A DNA stretch of 64,000 nucleotides from an uncultured cyanobacterium (GCA_963710605.1 CAVQBA010000007.1:224001-288000), one strand, 5' to 3'; counted from the first letter of the stretch, positions 12,284-22,776 are shown. Made by a program: numbers and translations. The notes: generated by a model not told the origin, from the letters alone.

Positions 12284-13144
12284 TCAATTCAGCCATTGTT
12301 GTAAAAGAGGATTAACGATATGGGGTGCTTCATCTTGTGGGCAATGCCCCAATCCTTCTAACTCAATAAAATCATTTACACAAGGATAATTGGCTAAATC
12401 TCGTGCTAAATCGATCGATTCCCAAGGATTTTTTGTCCCCCAAAAAAAGGTCACAGGGCAAGAGATTTGAGGTAATAAGTCCTCTGCCAAAGGACCTTGC
12501 GAATAGCCTGTAAAGGCTAAAAAAACCTCAACAGCACCTTCATCTTGAGAGGGTTGGTAAATTAAATCGATCAGTTCGTCGTTAATTGCTTCTTGGTTAG
12601 GATATGCTTGGGTGAGAATATTTCTAATTACTTTTGGTTTGGCTATTTGTTTATAAAAAAAGTTACCTATTGTAGGATTAGTTAATACATTCTGCATTAC
12701 CCCCGCCCCAACATTACGAATCCAAGGTAAGGTTTGTCTTTTTCTTTCGTGAAGTAGTCTTAATGAACAATTTAATGAAGCGATACCTAATACTAAGTCT
12801 GGGTAATCTACTGCCATTTGCATCGTCACAATACAACCGATCGAATTACCAACTAAATACACAGGTGTTTTAACTACTTCTTGACAAAAATCAGCTAATT
12901 GAGTTGCCCATGTGTCAAAAGTATAATCTAAGGGTTTACCCGGTGTTGGTTTATCCGACTTTCCAAAACCTAATAAATCGATCGTATAACAACGATAATC
13001 TTCACTCAATACAGAAATATTATTCCGCCAATGCCCGCTATTTGCTCCAAAACCGTGAACAAAAACAACAGTCTTTCCTGTTTCGCCACGATTTTGATAG
13101 CCAATATTAAAACCACGCCATTGCCATGTTTGATATTTATTCAT
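12284..13144 (-). CDS. Alpha/beta fold hydrolase
   Basis: VHGFGA, DLLGFGKS, GNSIG, GHCPQDE. Confidence 0.92.
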   Translation of the reverse strand: MNKYQTWQWRGFNIGYQNRGETGKTVVFVHGFGANSGHWRNNISVLSEDYRCYTIDLLGFGKSDKPTPGKPLDYTFDTWATQLADFCQEVVKTPVYLVGNSIGCIVTMQMAVDYPDLVLGIASLNCSLRLLHERKRQTLPWIRNVGAGVMQNVLTNPTIGNFFYKQIAKPKVIRNILTQAYPNQEAINDELIDLIYQPSQDEGAVEVFLAFTGYSQGPLAEDLLPQISCPVTFFWGTKNPWESIDLARDLANYPCVNDFIELEGLGHCPQDEAPHIVNPLLQQWLN

Positions 13145-13229
13145 CAGTTAATAGTTGATAGTTGATAGTTAATACAGATAAAGTAAAAATACTTGGCTTA
13201 AACTTTAATACGATGATCGAGATAAAAAT

Positions 13230-13334
13230 AATTCTCAATTCTCAATTCTCAATTCTCGTCTTGGTGGACATTCCCTTGCGTCTGTCGCGACGCGGGCTTC
13301 CACCGCAATTCTCAATTCTCAATTCTCAATTCTC
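13230..13334. repeat. (AATTCTC)4 + 49-bp GC-rich hairpin insert + (AATTCTC)4
   Basis: Insert 13258-13306 with stems GGTGGA/TCCACC and GCGTC/GACGC. Confidence 0.85.
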
Positions 13335-13344
13335 AATTGTTTGT

Positions 13345-14853
13345 CTATATTTTCAATTCAAAGTCATTATCGCTACTATTAGCATAATCAAAAAGATTGT
13401 CCCAAGTATAATCAATAACTTCTTTAGCTTGTTCAATTGACAAAGCATGACAATATCCATCATCAGTTACGGTTACTAAATTAGTTTCTTGTTGAGCAAT
13501 ATTATTATTTAAAGAAGCTTTATTTTTGATTATTTTTCCTTTTATTTGAGCTAAATTAGCGATTGTTTTTTTAATATCAAAATCAATTTTGAATCCTAAT
13601 TCTTGGTTAGTCCATTGCTCTATTTTATCGTCAATTTGTTCAAAAGTAACTGGTTGTTCTGTCATTAATAAATGATAGTAAACTAAAATAATTTCTTTAC
13701 ATTCTTCTTCTTCAGCTTCATCAATAAGAGATTGAAAAACACCTAAATTAATTCCTAATTGGCGAAAGAATAAAGTTTCTGTTACTTCTTTTTGAAATTT
13801 AATATGTTTGCTTTTATAGTTAGTATATTGTTTAAAAGCAAAGCCACCAAAAGCCATTATTAAAGAGAAAGTAGTTAAAAGTACGGGCATAAAATCATTA
13901 ACGTCTTTTTGATTTACATCAACGTTTTCAAAAGGTACATTTCCTGTAGTAACAAAGAAAATAATCCCAATAATCAATAATAATTGAGGTAAAATTTTGA
14001 TAAATACAGGTACAGCCGCACCAATAGCCGAACCAATTAAAATCAAACGATCTTTTAAAGTCATTCTAATTTTAACATTAGGAAAAATAAAATCTAAATC
14101 AAATTTAGGAATATTTTTAAATAAATATATATATACTTTACCCGGTTGAAATTTAAACTTTTTTAATTCTTTCGGATCAAAATGATCTCTATTTTTGAAC
14201 TTAATTAGCAAGACTATTCTTTCAAAAACGTCTATTTTACGAGTAACTTTTTTTAAACCAAACCATTTTTTAGCTTCGATCGTTTTATATTTATCTGCTC
14301 CTCGATAATAACAAACCATATCTTCATAATCATCAAAATCAACGATCGTATTTAAATCTAATAAAGTTTTTTCTTCTAAAGCACTGGCTAAATTAGCAGG
14401 TGTAATTTCATCATAGTTAGCTTTTTCTAAAAGTTGACGAAAATTGGCGAGTAATTCTATTTTATTGTGATGAATTATTTCTGGATCAATTGAATATTTC
14501 TTGGGGTTGTTATGGTTATCATTAATATTGTTAATATTATCTACAGAATTGATACTTTCTATATTCTCCGTATCATCATCTTCAGGATCAAAATAAGAAA
14601 AATGCTCTTTTAATTGTTCAGATAAACTATGAAATTTAAAATGATAATAAGCGGATAGTATTTGACAAAATTCTCTAAATTTTTGTTTATTTTCAACGGA
14701 AAAGTTACTATCTTGAATACATAAATCAATTAATTTGTGCCGACTATAGGGGATAAACGATTCTCGATTTTTATAACTAGCCATATTTAATGAATATTCA
14801 GTTTTGCTCACAGAATTAGTTTTACAGGTAATTGATAATTGAACAATTGACAA
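13345..14853 (-). CDS. DUF3754 / TMEM143-family membrane protein
   Basis: RESFIPY, LFKNIPKFDLDFIFP, EAEEEECKEIILVYY, two TM helices; start may be the downstream Met (MASYKNRE). Confidence 0.8.
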   Translation of the reverse strand: MSIVQLSITCKTNSVSKTEYSLNMASYKNRESFIPYSRHKLIDLCIQDSNFSVENKQKFREFCQILSAYYHFKFHSLSEQLKEHFSYFDPEDDDTENIESINSVDNINNINDNHNNPKKYSIDPEIIHHNKIELLANFRQLLEKANYDEITPANLASALEEKTLLDLNTIVDFDDYEDMVCYYRGADKYKTIEAKKWFGLKKVTRKIDVFERIVLLIKFKNRDHFDPKELKKFKFQPGKVYIYLFKNIPKFDLDFIFPNVKIRMTLKDRLILIGSAIGAAVPVFIKILPQLLLIIGIIFFVTTGNVPFENVDVNQKDVNDFMPVLLTTFSLIMAFGGFAFKQYTNYKSKHIKFQKEVTETLFFRQLGINLGVFQSLIDEAEEEECKEIILVYYHLLMTEQPVTFEQIDDKIEQWTNQELGFKIDFDIKKTIANLAQIKGKIIKNKASLNNNIAQQETNLVTVTDDGYCHALSIEQAKEVIDYTWDNLFDYANSSDNDFELKI

Positions 14854-14936
14854 TTATGCTAAAGACGACGAGGTAAACCAAGTCTGGTGTATCGTCCTCT
14901 TATTATAATAGTTAATCAATCACAATCAATAACGTA

Positions 14937-15980
14937 ATGAATAAAGCAATAATCTGTGGCTATTACGGGCAAGGTAACGCAGGTGATGAGGCTCTTTTAC
15001 TTTCTATTTTAGCTCGACTACCTCAAAGTATTCAACCTTTGGTTTTATCAGGCAATCCGACTAAAACTAGTCTTGATTATGGTGTTGTTTGTTATTCTAG
15101 AAAAGAAATTATTAAGCAAATTACAAAGTTAGGTAAAAATGATTTATTTATCTGGGGAGGAGGAAGTTTGATTCAAGATGTAACGAGTATAAACAGCCCT
15201 CTTTATTATTTATTTTTAATGTTTTTAGCTCAGTCAAAAGGATTAAAAACGATCGCACTTGCTCAGGGAATTGGACCGATTAAAACGCCGTTTGTTCGTT
15301 GGTTAACTAAAAAAGTTTTACAAAAATGCGATCGTGTTAGTGTCAGAGATAAAGCTTCTGCTAATTTACTCGCTAGTTGGCAGATAGAATATTTACTAGC
15401 CGCCGATCCTGTTTGGGCATTACCAAGTAAAATAAATGAAGATCTGAATTTGTTACCTTCACCACGTATCGCTGTTAATCTTCGCTCTCATTCTTCCTTA
15501 ACTCCAGATAGGATAAAAATTTTATCACAAGCATTAAAACAATTACAACAACAAACTCAAGCCAATATCATTTTAGTACCCTTCCAATTATCTCAAGATA
15601 AGGCAATTTGCGAAGAAGTAGCAAGCATATTATCGACTAATTGTCAAGTTATATATTTAGAAAATCCCCAAAAATTAAAAGGATTGTGGCAATATATGGA
15701 TATGACGATCGGTATGCGTCTGCATAGTGTAATCATGGCAGTAAGTGAAGGATGTAAATGTTTTGCTTTATCTTATGATCCAAAAGTAACTAATCTAATG
15801 CAAGAAGTTGGTATTTCTGGTTACGAATTATCATCTTTACCGACTAATATTGATGAGATTAGCCAAAACTGGTTAAAAATTTATCATGATAATCAAGCCA
15901 AATTATCAGATAATACGATCGAATCTTTGGCTAACGATGCTTTAAAACATCAAGATTTGATTGATTCACTGATAGAATGA
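14937..15980 (+). CDS. csaB: Polysaccharide pyruvyl transferase
   Basis: GYYGQGNAGDEALL, GGGSLIQDVTS, AQGIGP, GMRLH, SYDPKV. Confidence 0.93.
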   Translation: MNKAIICGYYGQGNAGDEALLLSILARLPQSIQPLVLSGNPTKTSLDYGVVCYSRKEIIKQITKLGKNDLFIWGGGSLIQDVTSINSPLYYLFLMFLAQSKGLKTIALAQGIGPIKTPFVRWLTKKVLQKCDRVSVRDKASANLLASWQIEYLLAADPVWALPSKINEDLNLLPSPRIAVNLRSHSSLTPDRIKILSQALKQLQQQTQANIILVPFQLSQDKAICEEVASILSTNCQVIYLENPQKLKGLWQYMDMTIGMRLHSVIMAVSEGCKCFALSYDPKVTNLMQEVGISGYELSSLPTNIDEISQNWLKIYHDNQAKLSDNTIESLANDALKHQDLIDSLIE

Positions 15981-16066
15981 ATGATTTGTGTTGTTTTTAG
16001 CTAAACAGATTATTTCAAGATAAAACCGTATTTGTTAACCGCCAAAATTAATTTCTCATAAAAAAA

Positions 16067-16774
16067 ATGAAAACTTTTTCTGTTCTTGATTTACCACTTC
16101 ATTTAAGTAATAATTATGAAGATTGGATTATCGATCGTTTAGATAAAAAAATATCTACCCATATTGTTACCATGAATTCGGAGATGGTAATGATGGCACA
16201 AAAAAACGCTGATTTAGCCGAGCAAATAAAAAAAGCCGATTTAGTCGTTCCAGATGGTTCTGGCATTGTATTATATCTTAAGCGTAAAGGAGAAAAACAA
16301 GACAGAGTAGCAGGAATTGAGTTATCTTCTTCTTTAATTGAAAAGTTAGGTAATAAAGGCGAAGATTATCCGATTTGCTTTTATGGTGGTGCACCTGGTG
16401 TGAGCGAGAAAGCCGCCGAGTATTGGCAAGAAAAAATACCTAACATTAATATTATTTATAATCATGGTTATCTATCTGGTGAAGAGTTAGATGCTTGGTG
16501 CGATTGTATTCAACAAATAAAACCAAAATTAATTTTAGTTGGTTTAGGAGTACCACGCCAAGAAATTTGGATTAGTAACCATCGTTATCTAGCCCCAGAT
16601 TCAGTTTGGGTAGGAGTAGGAGGTAGTTTTGATATTTGGGGTGGAGTCAAAACAAGAGCCCCTGATTTTTTCTGCAATAACAATTTAGAATGGTTATATA
16701 GATTATATCAAGAGCCTCATCGTTGGAAAAGAATGTTAGCTTTACCGCATTTTTTCATTAAGGCAATTCTTTGA
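16067..16774 (+). CDS. WecB/TagA/CpsF family glycosyltransferase
   Basis: VPDGSG, RVAGIEL, VGLGVPRQE, GVGGSFD, RAP, LEWLYRL. Confidence 0.93.
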   Translation: MKTFSVLDLPLHLSNNYEDWIIDRLDKKISTHIVTMNSEMVMMAQKNADLAEQIKKADLVVPDGSGIVLYLKRKGEKQDRVAGIELSSSLIEKLGNKGEDYPICFYGGAPGVSEKAAEYWQEKIPNINIIYNHGYLSGEELDAWCDCIQQIKPKLILVGLGVPRQEIWISNHRYLAPDSVWVGVGGSFDIWGGVKTRAPDFFCNNNLEWLYRLYQEPHRWKRMLALPHFFIKAIL

Positions 16775-16823
16775 TAATTGAGAATTTTTAATTTCTGACT
16801 TTTTACGAAATATTTGAATATAC

Positions 16824-16852
16824 TATAATCATGAAAATAGTAAAATACTATT
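16824..16852 (+). promoter_or_regulatory. -10 box and palindromic operator of the higBA module
   Basis: TATAAT 16824-16829; AATAGTA-aaa-TACTATT 16836-16852 just before the ATG. Confidence 0.6.
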
Positions 16853-16855
16853 ACA

Positions 16856-17149
16856 ATGAGAATTATTGCTCGTCGAACATTAAGAGAGTTTTGGCTTAAA
16901 CATTCTGATGCTGAACAACCATTGAAAGCATGGTTTAATGATACTTATCGTAGTAATTGGCAGACTCCCTCCGACATAAAGAGAATTTATGCCAATGCTA
17001 GTATTGTGGCGAATAATCGTGTAGTTTTTAACATCAAGGGTAATCGTTATCGCTTAGTAATTCATATTCGTTACGATATAAGTATTGGTGTAATTCGTTT
17101 TATTGGCACTCATGAAGAATACGACAAAATAGACGCTACTACTATTTAG
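16856..17149 (+). CDS. higB: HigB-family toxin
   Basis: MRIIARRTLREFW, RVVFNIKGNRYRL, FIGTHEEYDKID. Confidence 0.93.
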   Translation: MRIIARRTLREFWLKHSDAEQPLKAWFNDTYRSNWQTPSDIKRIYANASIVANNRVVFNIKGNRYRLVIHIRYDISIGVIRFIGTHEEYDKIDATTI

Positions 17150-17161
17150 AGGAAAAAAGTT

Positions 17162-17467
17162 ATGAATGTTAAACCAATCAAAACAGAGACTGATTATCAA
17201 CAAGCATTGAAAAAAATAGAAACTCTTTTAGAAGTAGAAGCAAATACCCCCGAATGGGAACAATTAGACATTTTGACCACTTTAGTAGAAGCTTATGAAA
17301 CACAACATTATCCTATAGATTCTCCTAGTCAAATTGAAGCTATTTTTTACTATTTAGAAAGTAGAAATCAGGGTTTTTCTACATTTATTGATGGCTTAAA
17401 AACTAAAGGTGTTAGTGAAAAGATTATCCAAGATGTCTTAAATGACCTCAATATCTTACCCTCTTAA
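17162..17467 (+). CDS. higA: HigA-type antitoxin with atypical C-terminus
   Basis: KPIKTETDYQQAL...LDILTTLVEAYE...HYPI; canonical Xre HTH not recognisable. Confidence 0.8.
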   Translation: MNVKPIKTETDYQQALKKIETLLEVEANTPEWEQLDILTTLVEAYETQHYPIDSPSQIEAIFYYLESRNQGFSTFIDGLKTKGVSEKIIQDVLNDLNILPS

Positions 17468-17669
17468 AAAAAGTGAGTAGAAAATAATTTTAAAAAATAG
17501 AGTTAATTTAGTTTATAAACTTTTTACCAAAAAAAAAATCATCAGTAAAACATTATGGTGACACGATCGAAAACCATTCAATATCCAGAAAGTATCGTTC
17601 TTTCTTAAATCTCGACTATACGATTGTTTATAATTTAACTAATAAATTAGTTGTTATCAATATCATCCA

Positions 17670-17870
17670 ATGTTGTCAATTAACAAAAACTATGTTTTGG
17701 ATAGTAATAAAAAACCGATAGCAGTACAAATTCCTATTACCGAATTTGAACAAATAGAAGAAATTTTAGAAAACTATGGACTTGCAAAACTAATCGAACA
17801 AGTAGAAGATGAAGAAACTCTATCCAAAGATGAAGCATTGAAATATTTAGAAGCTCTAAAAAATAAATAG
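17670..17870 (+). CDS. Small antitoxin-like protein (orphan)
   Basis: YVLDSNKKPIAVQIPI..FEQIEEILENYGL pattern typical of RelE partners; toxin remnant follows. Confidence 0.65.
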   Translation: MLSINKNYVLDSNKKPIAVQIPITEFEQIEEILENYGLAKLIEQVEDEETLSKDEALKYLEALKNK

Positions 17871-17872
17871 CG

Positions 17873-17926
17873 ATTATTTTTCAAACAGTTGCACATCTTA
17901 GAGAAATTTACCAAGTTTTTGTTTAA
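17873..17926 (+). pseudogene. C-terminal remnant of a RelE/ParE toxin
   Basis: Translates IIFQTVAHLREIYQVFV*, resembling the RelE HRxEIY C-terminus; no start codon. Confidence 0.5.
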
Positions 17927-17971
17927 AATCAATCTTTTTCTGTAGTTTAGATGATGTAAATTACGATTTTG

Positions 17972-18511
17972 CTACCATTGTCCATGATAGGAACCACTTT
18001 CAATAGTTCCATCGGACATAGTAGTGCAATAAATGAAATTTCCATAACTACAGAGGGTGTATTTAGAAATACCAGAGCCTTTAAAGTTGGCATGAGCCAA
18101 AATGGCATTTTCAAATCCTTTAGTAATAATCGCACTCACAAAATTAGTATTCATGGCGTTCATCAAAGACAAATAAGCTCCATCGAAGTTAGTCCCTTTG
18201 CAAAAGGCTTCGAGCAAACAGACGGCATAAAGATTAGAACCTTTCAAAATCCCATCGCAAAGATTGGCACAAAACAAACAAGCCCCAGAAAGATCGGCTT
18301 CAGTCAAATTAGTTCCTTCCAAAACAACTCTTTGCAATTTAGCCCCACGAAGATTAATTCCTCGCAAATCACTACCTTCCAGACCATGGATTTCACCAGA
18401 AGCATCATAGATATTCCGTTCGTAATCCGTAATCAATTCAACTCCAGCAAAGTTTCGTTCCCCAGCTCGATACCGAGTTAGCAATTCGTGAGTAGTCATC
18501 TTCCAAACCAT
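17972..18511 (-). CDS. Pentapeptide repeat protein
   Basis: ELLTRYRAGERNF N-terminus, A[DN]Lxx repeats, TTMSDG C-terminus. Confidence 0.9.
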   Translation of the reverse strand: MVWKMTTHELLTRYRAGERNFAGVELITDYERNIYDASGEIHGLEGSDLRGINLRGAKLQRVVLEGTNLTEADLSGACLFCANLCDGILKGSNLYAVCLLEAFCKGTNFDGAYLSLMNAMNTNFVSAIITKGFENAILAHANFKGSGISKYTLCSYGNFIYCTTMSDGTIESGSYHGQW

Positions 18512-18714
18512 AATGTAAATTCTCGATTAATAATCAACTTGATATTAACGTATTGATATTAACGTAATCTACATCTGGTCAACGCTTCTACCTCAAACAA
18601 ACATCGACATCAATTATTAAATAACAGATTTACCTTTTAAAGAATAATCGTAATCTAACGCTATTAGTTAATTTTATTAAAACTCTTGTTTTAATATTCA
18701 AAGGATTTATTTAC

Positions 18715-19152
18715 TTAAGGTAGATATTGTTGAACGACAGTTAAACCAGATAAACCAACGAAACAGAAAGCAAAAAATAAACCAATATTTAGATTGAGAT
18801 GGAGTTTTCTTGCCCAAGGGCGAGAAGGATGTATTTGACTAGCACTCCATGCTGATAAACCCACTAAAGTAACAACAATTAAACCTGCGGGTAAATGAAT
18901 AGAATGTCCTAAATTACCGTATTCGCCGATCGTACCGACTAAACCGATCGCTAATAAAATAGCTACTAAAACAACCATTGTAGTACCAATAATCCAATGA
19001 AAAGGACGCAACCACTGAGGACGGGGTTTTTTTTCGGTTCTCGATTTATAGAGTATCGTACCTGATATAGCGAGGATAAAGTAAGCAGTCATACTTAATC
19101 CCATTGACCAAGCCGCAATTTTCCACAACCAGAGAAAAGAAGGTAAATTCAT
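18715..19152 (-). CDS. DUF4079 family membrane protein
   Basis: LPSFLWLWKIAAWSMGLS, conserved His in TM helices, VVQQYLP. Confidence 0.75.
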   Translation of the reverse strand: MNLPSFLWLWKIAAWSMGLSMTAYFILAISGTILYKSRTEKKPRPQWLRPFHWIIGTTMVVLVAILLAIGLVGTIGEYGNLGHSIHLPAGLIVVTLVGLSAWSASQIHPSRPWARKLHLNLNIGLFFAFCFVGLSGLTVVQQYLP

Positions 19153-19398
19153 CTTATCTTGTTACTATTTTGATGTTTTTATTCAACTATTTCTCGACAA
19201 GATATAGCAGTATTTTAATTTTATCTTGAAATGTGAAACCTGTTTTGTTTCTAGCTGAGATTGGGCAGTATTAATTTAAGCTCTGATTTTTGAATAATTA
19301 TTAATTATTAATTATTAATTGACAATTAGTCCAGAGTGAAAAGAAATAGATAGAATTAAGAATAAATATTTGCCCCTGATAGACAAAAGAAAATAATT

Positions 19399-21027
19399 AT
19401 GACACAGTCTTCAGATAACAGATCAAAAAAGCAATCTTTACCCACACCTCCTTTTACTCCTACTACTAAACATCAAAATACCACTGATGTTGATGGAGAA
19501 ACCAAAATGAGTAGAACTAAATTCCCTTCATTAGATAACAGTAATGCTTCTAGTTCTGATCTAGATTCTGAATTTGATATTTTTAATCTTGATGATAGTT
19601 TTGATCTTGATCTAGAACATGATGATGATGATGATGAAACTAACATAACTACTGCCGATAAATTAATTAAGCCTTTATCAGGAGGGCAAGTAAAATCTAA
19701 TCTTGATCTTCCACCACCACCTATTTCACCTTCACGCACACCTTTAAATAAAACGGGTAATCCACCACCACTAACCCCACCACCATTAACTCCACCGAAT
19801 AGTTTGAATTCTCGTCGGACTTTAACCCCACCACCAGTAAATCCGATGGGTCGGGAAGAAACTAATGTTCGTCGTGGTTCTAAAATGGATAAAAGCACCT
19901 TACGCCCTGGTCCACAACAACAAACAAGTCGCTCTACAGCAGGAGCGATGGGGCGTTCTCCGGGGCAACCATCTTTAAAAGAATTAGTAGAATTAGCTCA
20001 CAAAGAAGGTTATTCTGATGTTCATTTGGGTGTAGGAGAATTACCAAGAATGCGCGATCGAGGTGAGATACTTACCTTGACTCAATATCCTGAGATTGAT
20101 CTTAATACTTTTATGAGTTGGTTAAGAGAGATTATACGTGAAGAGGATATTCAAAAATTCAAAAAAGAATTAGAGTATGACGGTGCAACTCAATACGATT
20201 TTGCTCGAGTCAGAATTAATGTTTTTGATACTTTAAGAGGGCCTTCTTTAGTTTTACGTTTGATTCCTTTGACAATCTTGACGATGGAACAATTACGTTT
20301 ACCTTCAGCTTTTCGGGATATTTGCGATACTCACAAAGGATTAATTTTGATTACAGGCCCTACTGGTTCTGGTAAATCGACTACCTTAGCGGCGATGATT
20401 GATCACATTAATAGTGAACAGACGAGAAATATTATTACGATCGAAGATCCCGTTGAATTTGTACATAAAAGCCGTAAATCTTTAATTAAACAAAGAGAAG
20501 TCGGTATGCATACTTTAGAATTCGATAAAGCTCTTAAAGCTTCACTCAGGGAAGATCCAGACATCATTCTTGTCGGGGAGATGCGGGATAAACAAACAGT
20601 TAATACAGCCATTAAAGCCGCTCAAACAGGTCACTTAGTTATGGGAACACTCCATACTAATAGTGCAATCAAAACTTTAGAAAGGATTTTTACTTTATAT
20701 ACCGCTGAAGAGCAAGTGGCAATTCGTAGTGCGATCGCTGAATCATTAGTTTCAATTATTGCTCAGGGTTTGTGTCGTACCACTGACGGTAAACGAGCCG
20801 CTTATCACGATATTTTAATTAACACAGAAACAGTTAAAGATTATATCATGAGTAATAAATACGAAGAAATTGGTCAGTTAATGACTGATGGTGAATTTGA
20901 TGGTATGGTCACGATGAACAAATCTTTGTTTAATCTTTATGAAGAAGGAAGAATCACCGAAGAGACTGCTTTAGAAAATTCTCCTACTCGTAATGAGATG
21001 GCAATGATGTTAAGAGGACGATTCTAA
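19399..21027 (+). CDS. pilT: Type IV pilus retraction ATPase (PilT2-like) with long acidic and Pro-rich N-terminal extension
   Basis: GPTGSGKSTT, TIEDPVE, LREDPDIILVGEMRD, TGHLVMGTLHT. Confidence 0.93.
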   Translation: MTQSSDNRSKKQSLPTPPFTPTTKHQNTTDVDGETKMSRTKFPSLDNSNASSSDLDSEFDIFNLDDSFDLDLEHDDDDDETNITTADKLIKPLSGGQVKSNLDLPPPPISPSRTPLNKTGNPPPLTPPPLTPPNSLNSRRTLTPPPVNPMGREETNVRRGSKMDKSTLRPGPQQQTSRSTAGAMGRSPGQPSLKELVELAHKEGYSDVHLGVGELPRMRDRGEILTLTQYPEIDLNTFMSWLREIIREEDIQKFKKELEYDGATQYDFARVRINVFDTLRGPSLVLRLIPLTILTMEQLRLPSAFRDICDTHKGLILITGPTGSGKSTTLAAMIDHINSEQTRNIITIEDPVEFVHKSRKSLIKQREVGMHTLEFDKALKASLREDPDIILVGEMRDKQTVNTAIKAAQTGHLVMGTLHTNSAIKTLERIFTLYTAEEQVAIRSAIAESLVSIIAQGLCRTTDGKRAAYHDILINTETVKDYIMSNKYEEIGQLMTDGEFDGMVTMNKSLFNLYEEGRITEETALENSPTRNEMAMMLRGRF

Positions 21028-21163
21028 TTAGTTAAGAGTTAAGAGTTAAAAGTTAAGAGTTAGTTTAATTATTTACTATATAGATTTAACCAGTTGATTT
21101 AGTTTTTTCTCTTGTTCTTATTTTTCTAGCTAGTAGTCGATCGTTATAGAGTACCAAAAAAAT

Positions 21164-22388
21164 ATGAAAATTTTACATTTAAGCGATATTCATTTAGGAA
21201 GTAGTTTTTCTCACGGTCAAATTAACCCCGAAACCAAGTTAAATACTCGTCTAGAAGATTTTGTTAAGAGTTTGAGTGCTTGTATCGATCGAGCTATTAA
21301 CGATTCTGTCGATTTAGTCTTGTTTGGTGGGGATGCTTTCCCTGATAGTACTCCCGCACCTTACATTCAATCAGCTTTTGCTCAGCAATTTAAACGTTTG
21401 GCTATAGCTAATATTCCCACAGTCTTATTAGTCGGGAATCATGATCAACATTCTCAAGGTAATGGTGGGGCGAGTCTTTCGATTTACCATACTTTAGCTG
21501 TACCTAACTTTGTTGTCGGTGAAAAAATTGATACTCATACTATTCCCACTGCTTCTGGTGAGATACAAGTAATTACCCTTCCTTGGATAACGGCGACGAA
21601 TTTATTAACTCGTCCTGAAACTGAAGGTTTGTCGATGGAGAATATTAATCAACTTTTGATTCACAAACTAGAACCAATTTTAGAACAACAAATTAGAAAA
21701 CTAAACCCCGAAATACCGACTATCTTGTTAGGTCATTTAATGGCGGAAAGATCTAATTTGGGGGCAGAAAGGTTCTTGGCAGTAGGAAAAGGCTTTCAAA
21801 TACCTTTATCGATGATGATTCGTCCTGAATATGATTATGTGGCTTTAGGTCATGTTCATAAACATCAAAATCTAAATAAAAATAATAATCCTCCTGTGGT
21901 TTATGCAGGAAGTATCGAACGAGTTGATTTTTCTGAGGAGAAAGAAGCAAAGGGTTATGTTTTGATTGAGATTGATGAGGAGAAAAGATGTTAAGTGGCA
22001 GTTTCATCCTTTACCAACTCGTCGTTTTCTGACTATTAAGGTTGATTTAACTAATAGTCAATTTCCTGAAGATGATTTAATTAAAGCGATCGTTTCTAAG
22101 CCGATTGAGGATGCTGTGGTTAGAGTTATTTATCATTTACGATCGGAACAATTAGACTCTATTAGTTTGAATAAAATAGGTGAAGTATTATCCAAAGCTC
22201 ACAACTATACTCTCAAAGCTGATTTTATGAGTCAACTAGCTCGTCCGAGATTACCTGAATTAGGTATTGGTAAAAGTTTAGACCCCTTAGAGGCTTTATC
22301 TACTTATCTAGAAAATAAAGATGACTTGAAAGATTTAGTACCCGAAATGTTAGAGGCGGCAGAAAATTTATTATCTTTGAGTAATTAA
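21164..22388 (+). CDS. sbcD: SbcCD nuclease subunit D, 1-nt frameshift near 21985
   Basis: HLSDIHLG, GD, GNHD, YVALGHVHKHQ, YAGSIERVDFSE; C-terminal part in ORF 21966-22388. Confidence 0.93.
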
Positions 22389-22533
22389 GAAGAGAATCTC
22401 CCCCAACCCTTCTTTGAAAGAGGGGAGCTATTTTTTTAAGTGCGATCGTTATCAATAAAACTAGTACAGACAGAGAGTCGATCGGATAAAATATTAAAAT
22501 AAGACTTATAAAAATATAATTTCATTAAATAGT

Positions 22534-22770
22534 ATGGATCAAGTAATTTTATCTCAAGATATTTTTGCAGGTATTATTGAGATTGCTCACAAATTAAACT
22601 TATCGGTAAACCAAGTTTTAGAGCAAATTAATCAAGGGCAATTAACAATTATTGAGACAGAAGAGTTAGAAGATTTAATTGATTTTAGAGATGCAATTAT
22701 TGCTGAATCCGATCCTGAAAATCAAGAAACAATTTCTTGGGAAGAAGTGAAGAAAGATTTGGCATTATAA
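22534..22770 (+). CDS. Antitoxin of RelE-type module
   Basis: Acidic C-terminus EELEDLIDFRDA...ISWEEVKKDL; RelE-like gene follows. Confidence 0.75.
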   Translation: MDQVILSQDIFAGIIEIAHKLNLSVNQVLEQINQGQLTIIETEELEDLIDFRDAIIAESDPENQETISWEEVKKDLAL

Positions 22771-22776
22771 GAATTT

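Noticed and set aside
13162-13440. 92-aa ORF with ILNSQFS repeats
   Set aside because: Translation of the AATTCTC heptamer array
17947-18481. Alternative ORFs over the pentapeptide gene (likewise 25918-26552 and 53317-53766)
   Set aside because: Shadow frames of repetitive pentapeptide codons
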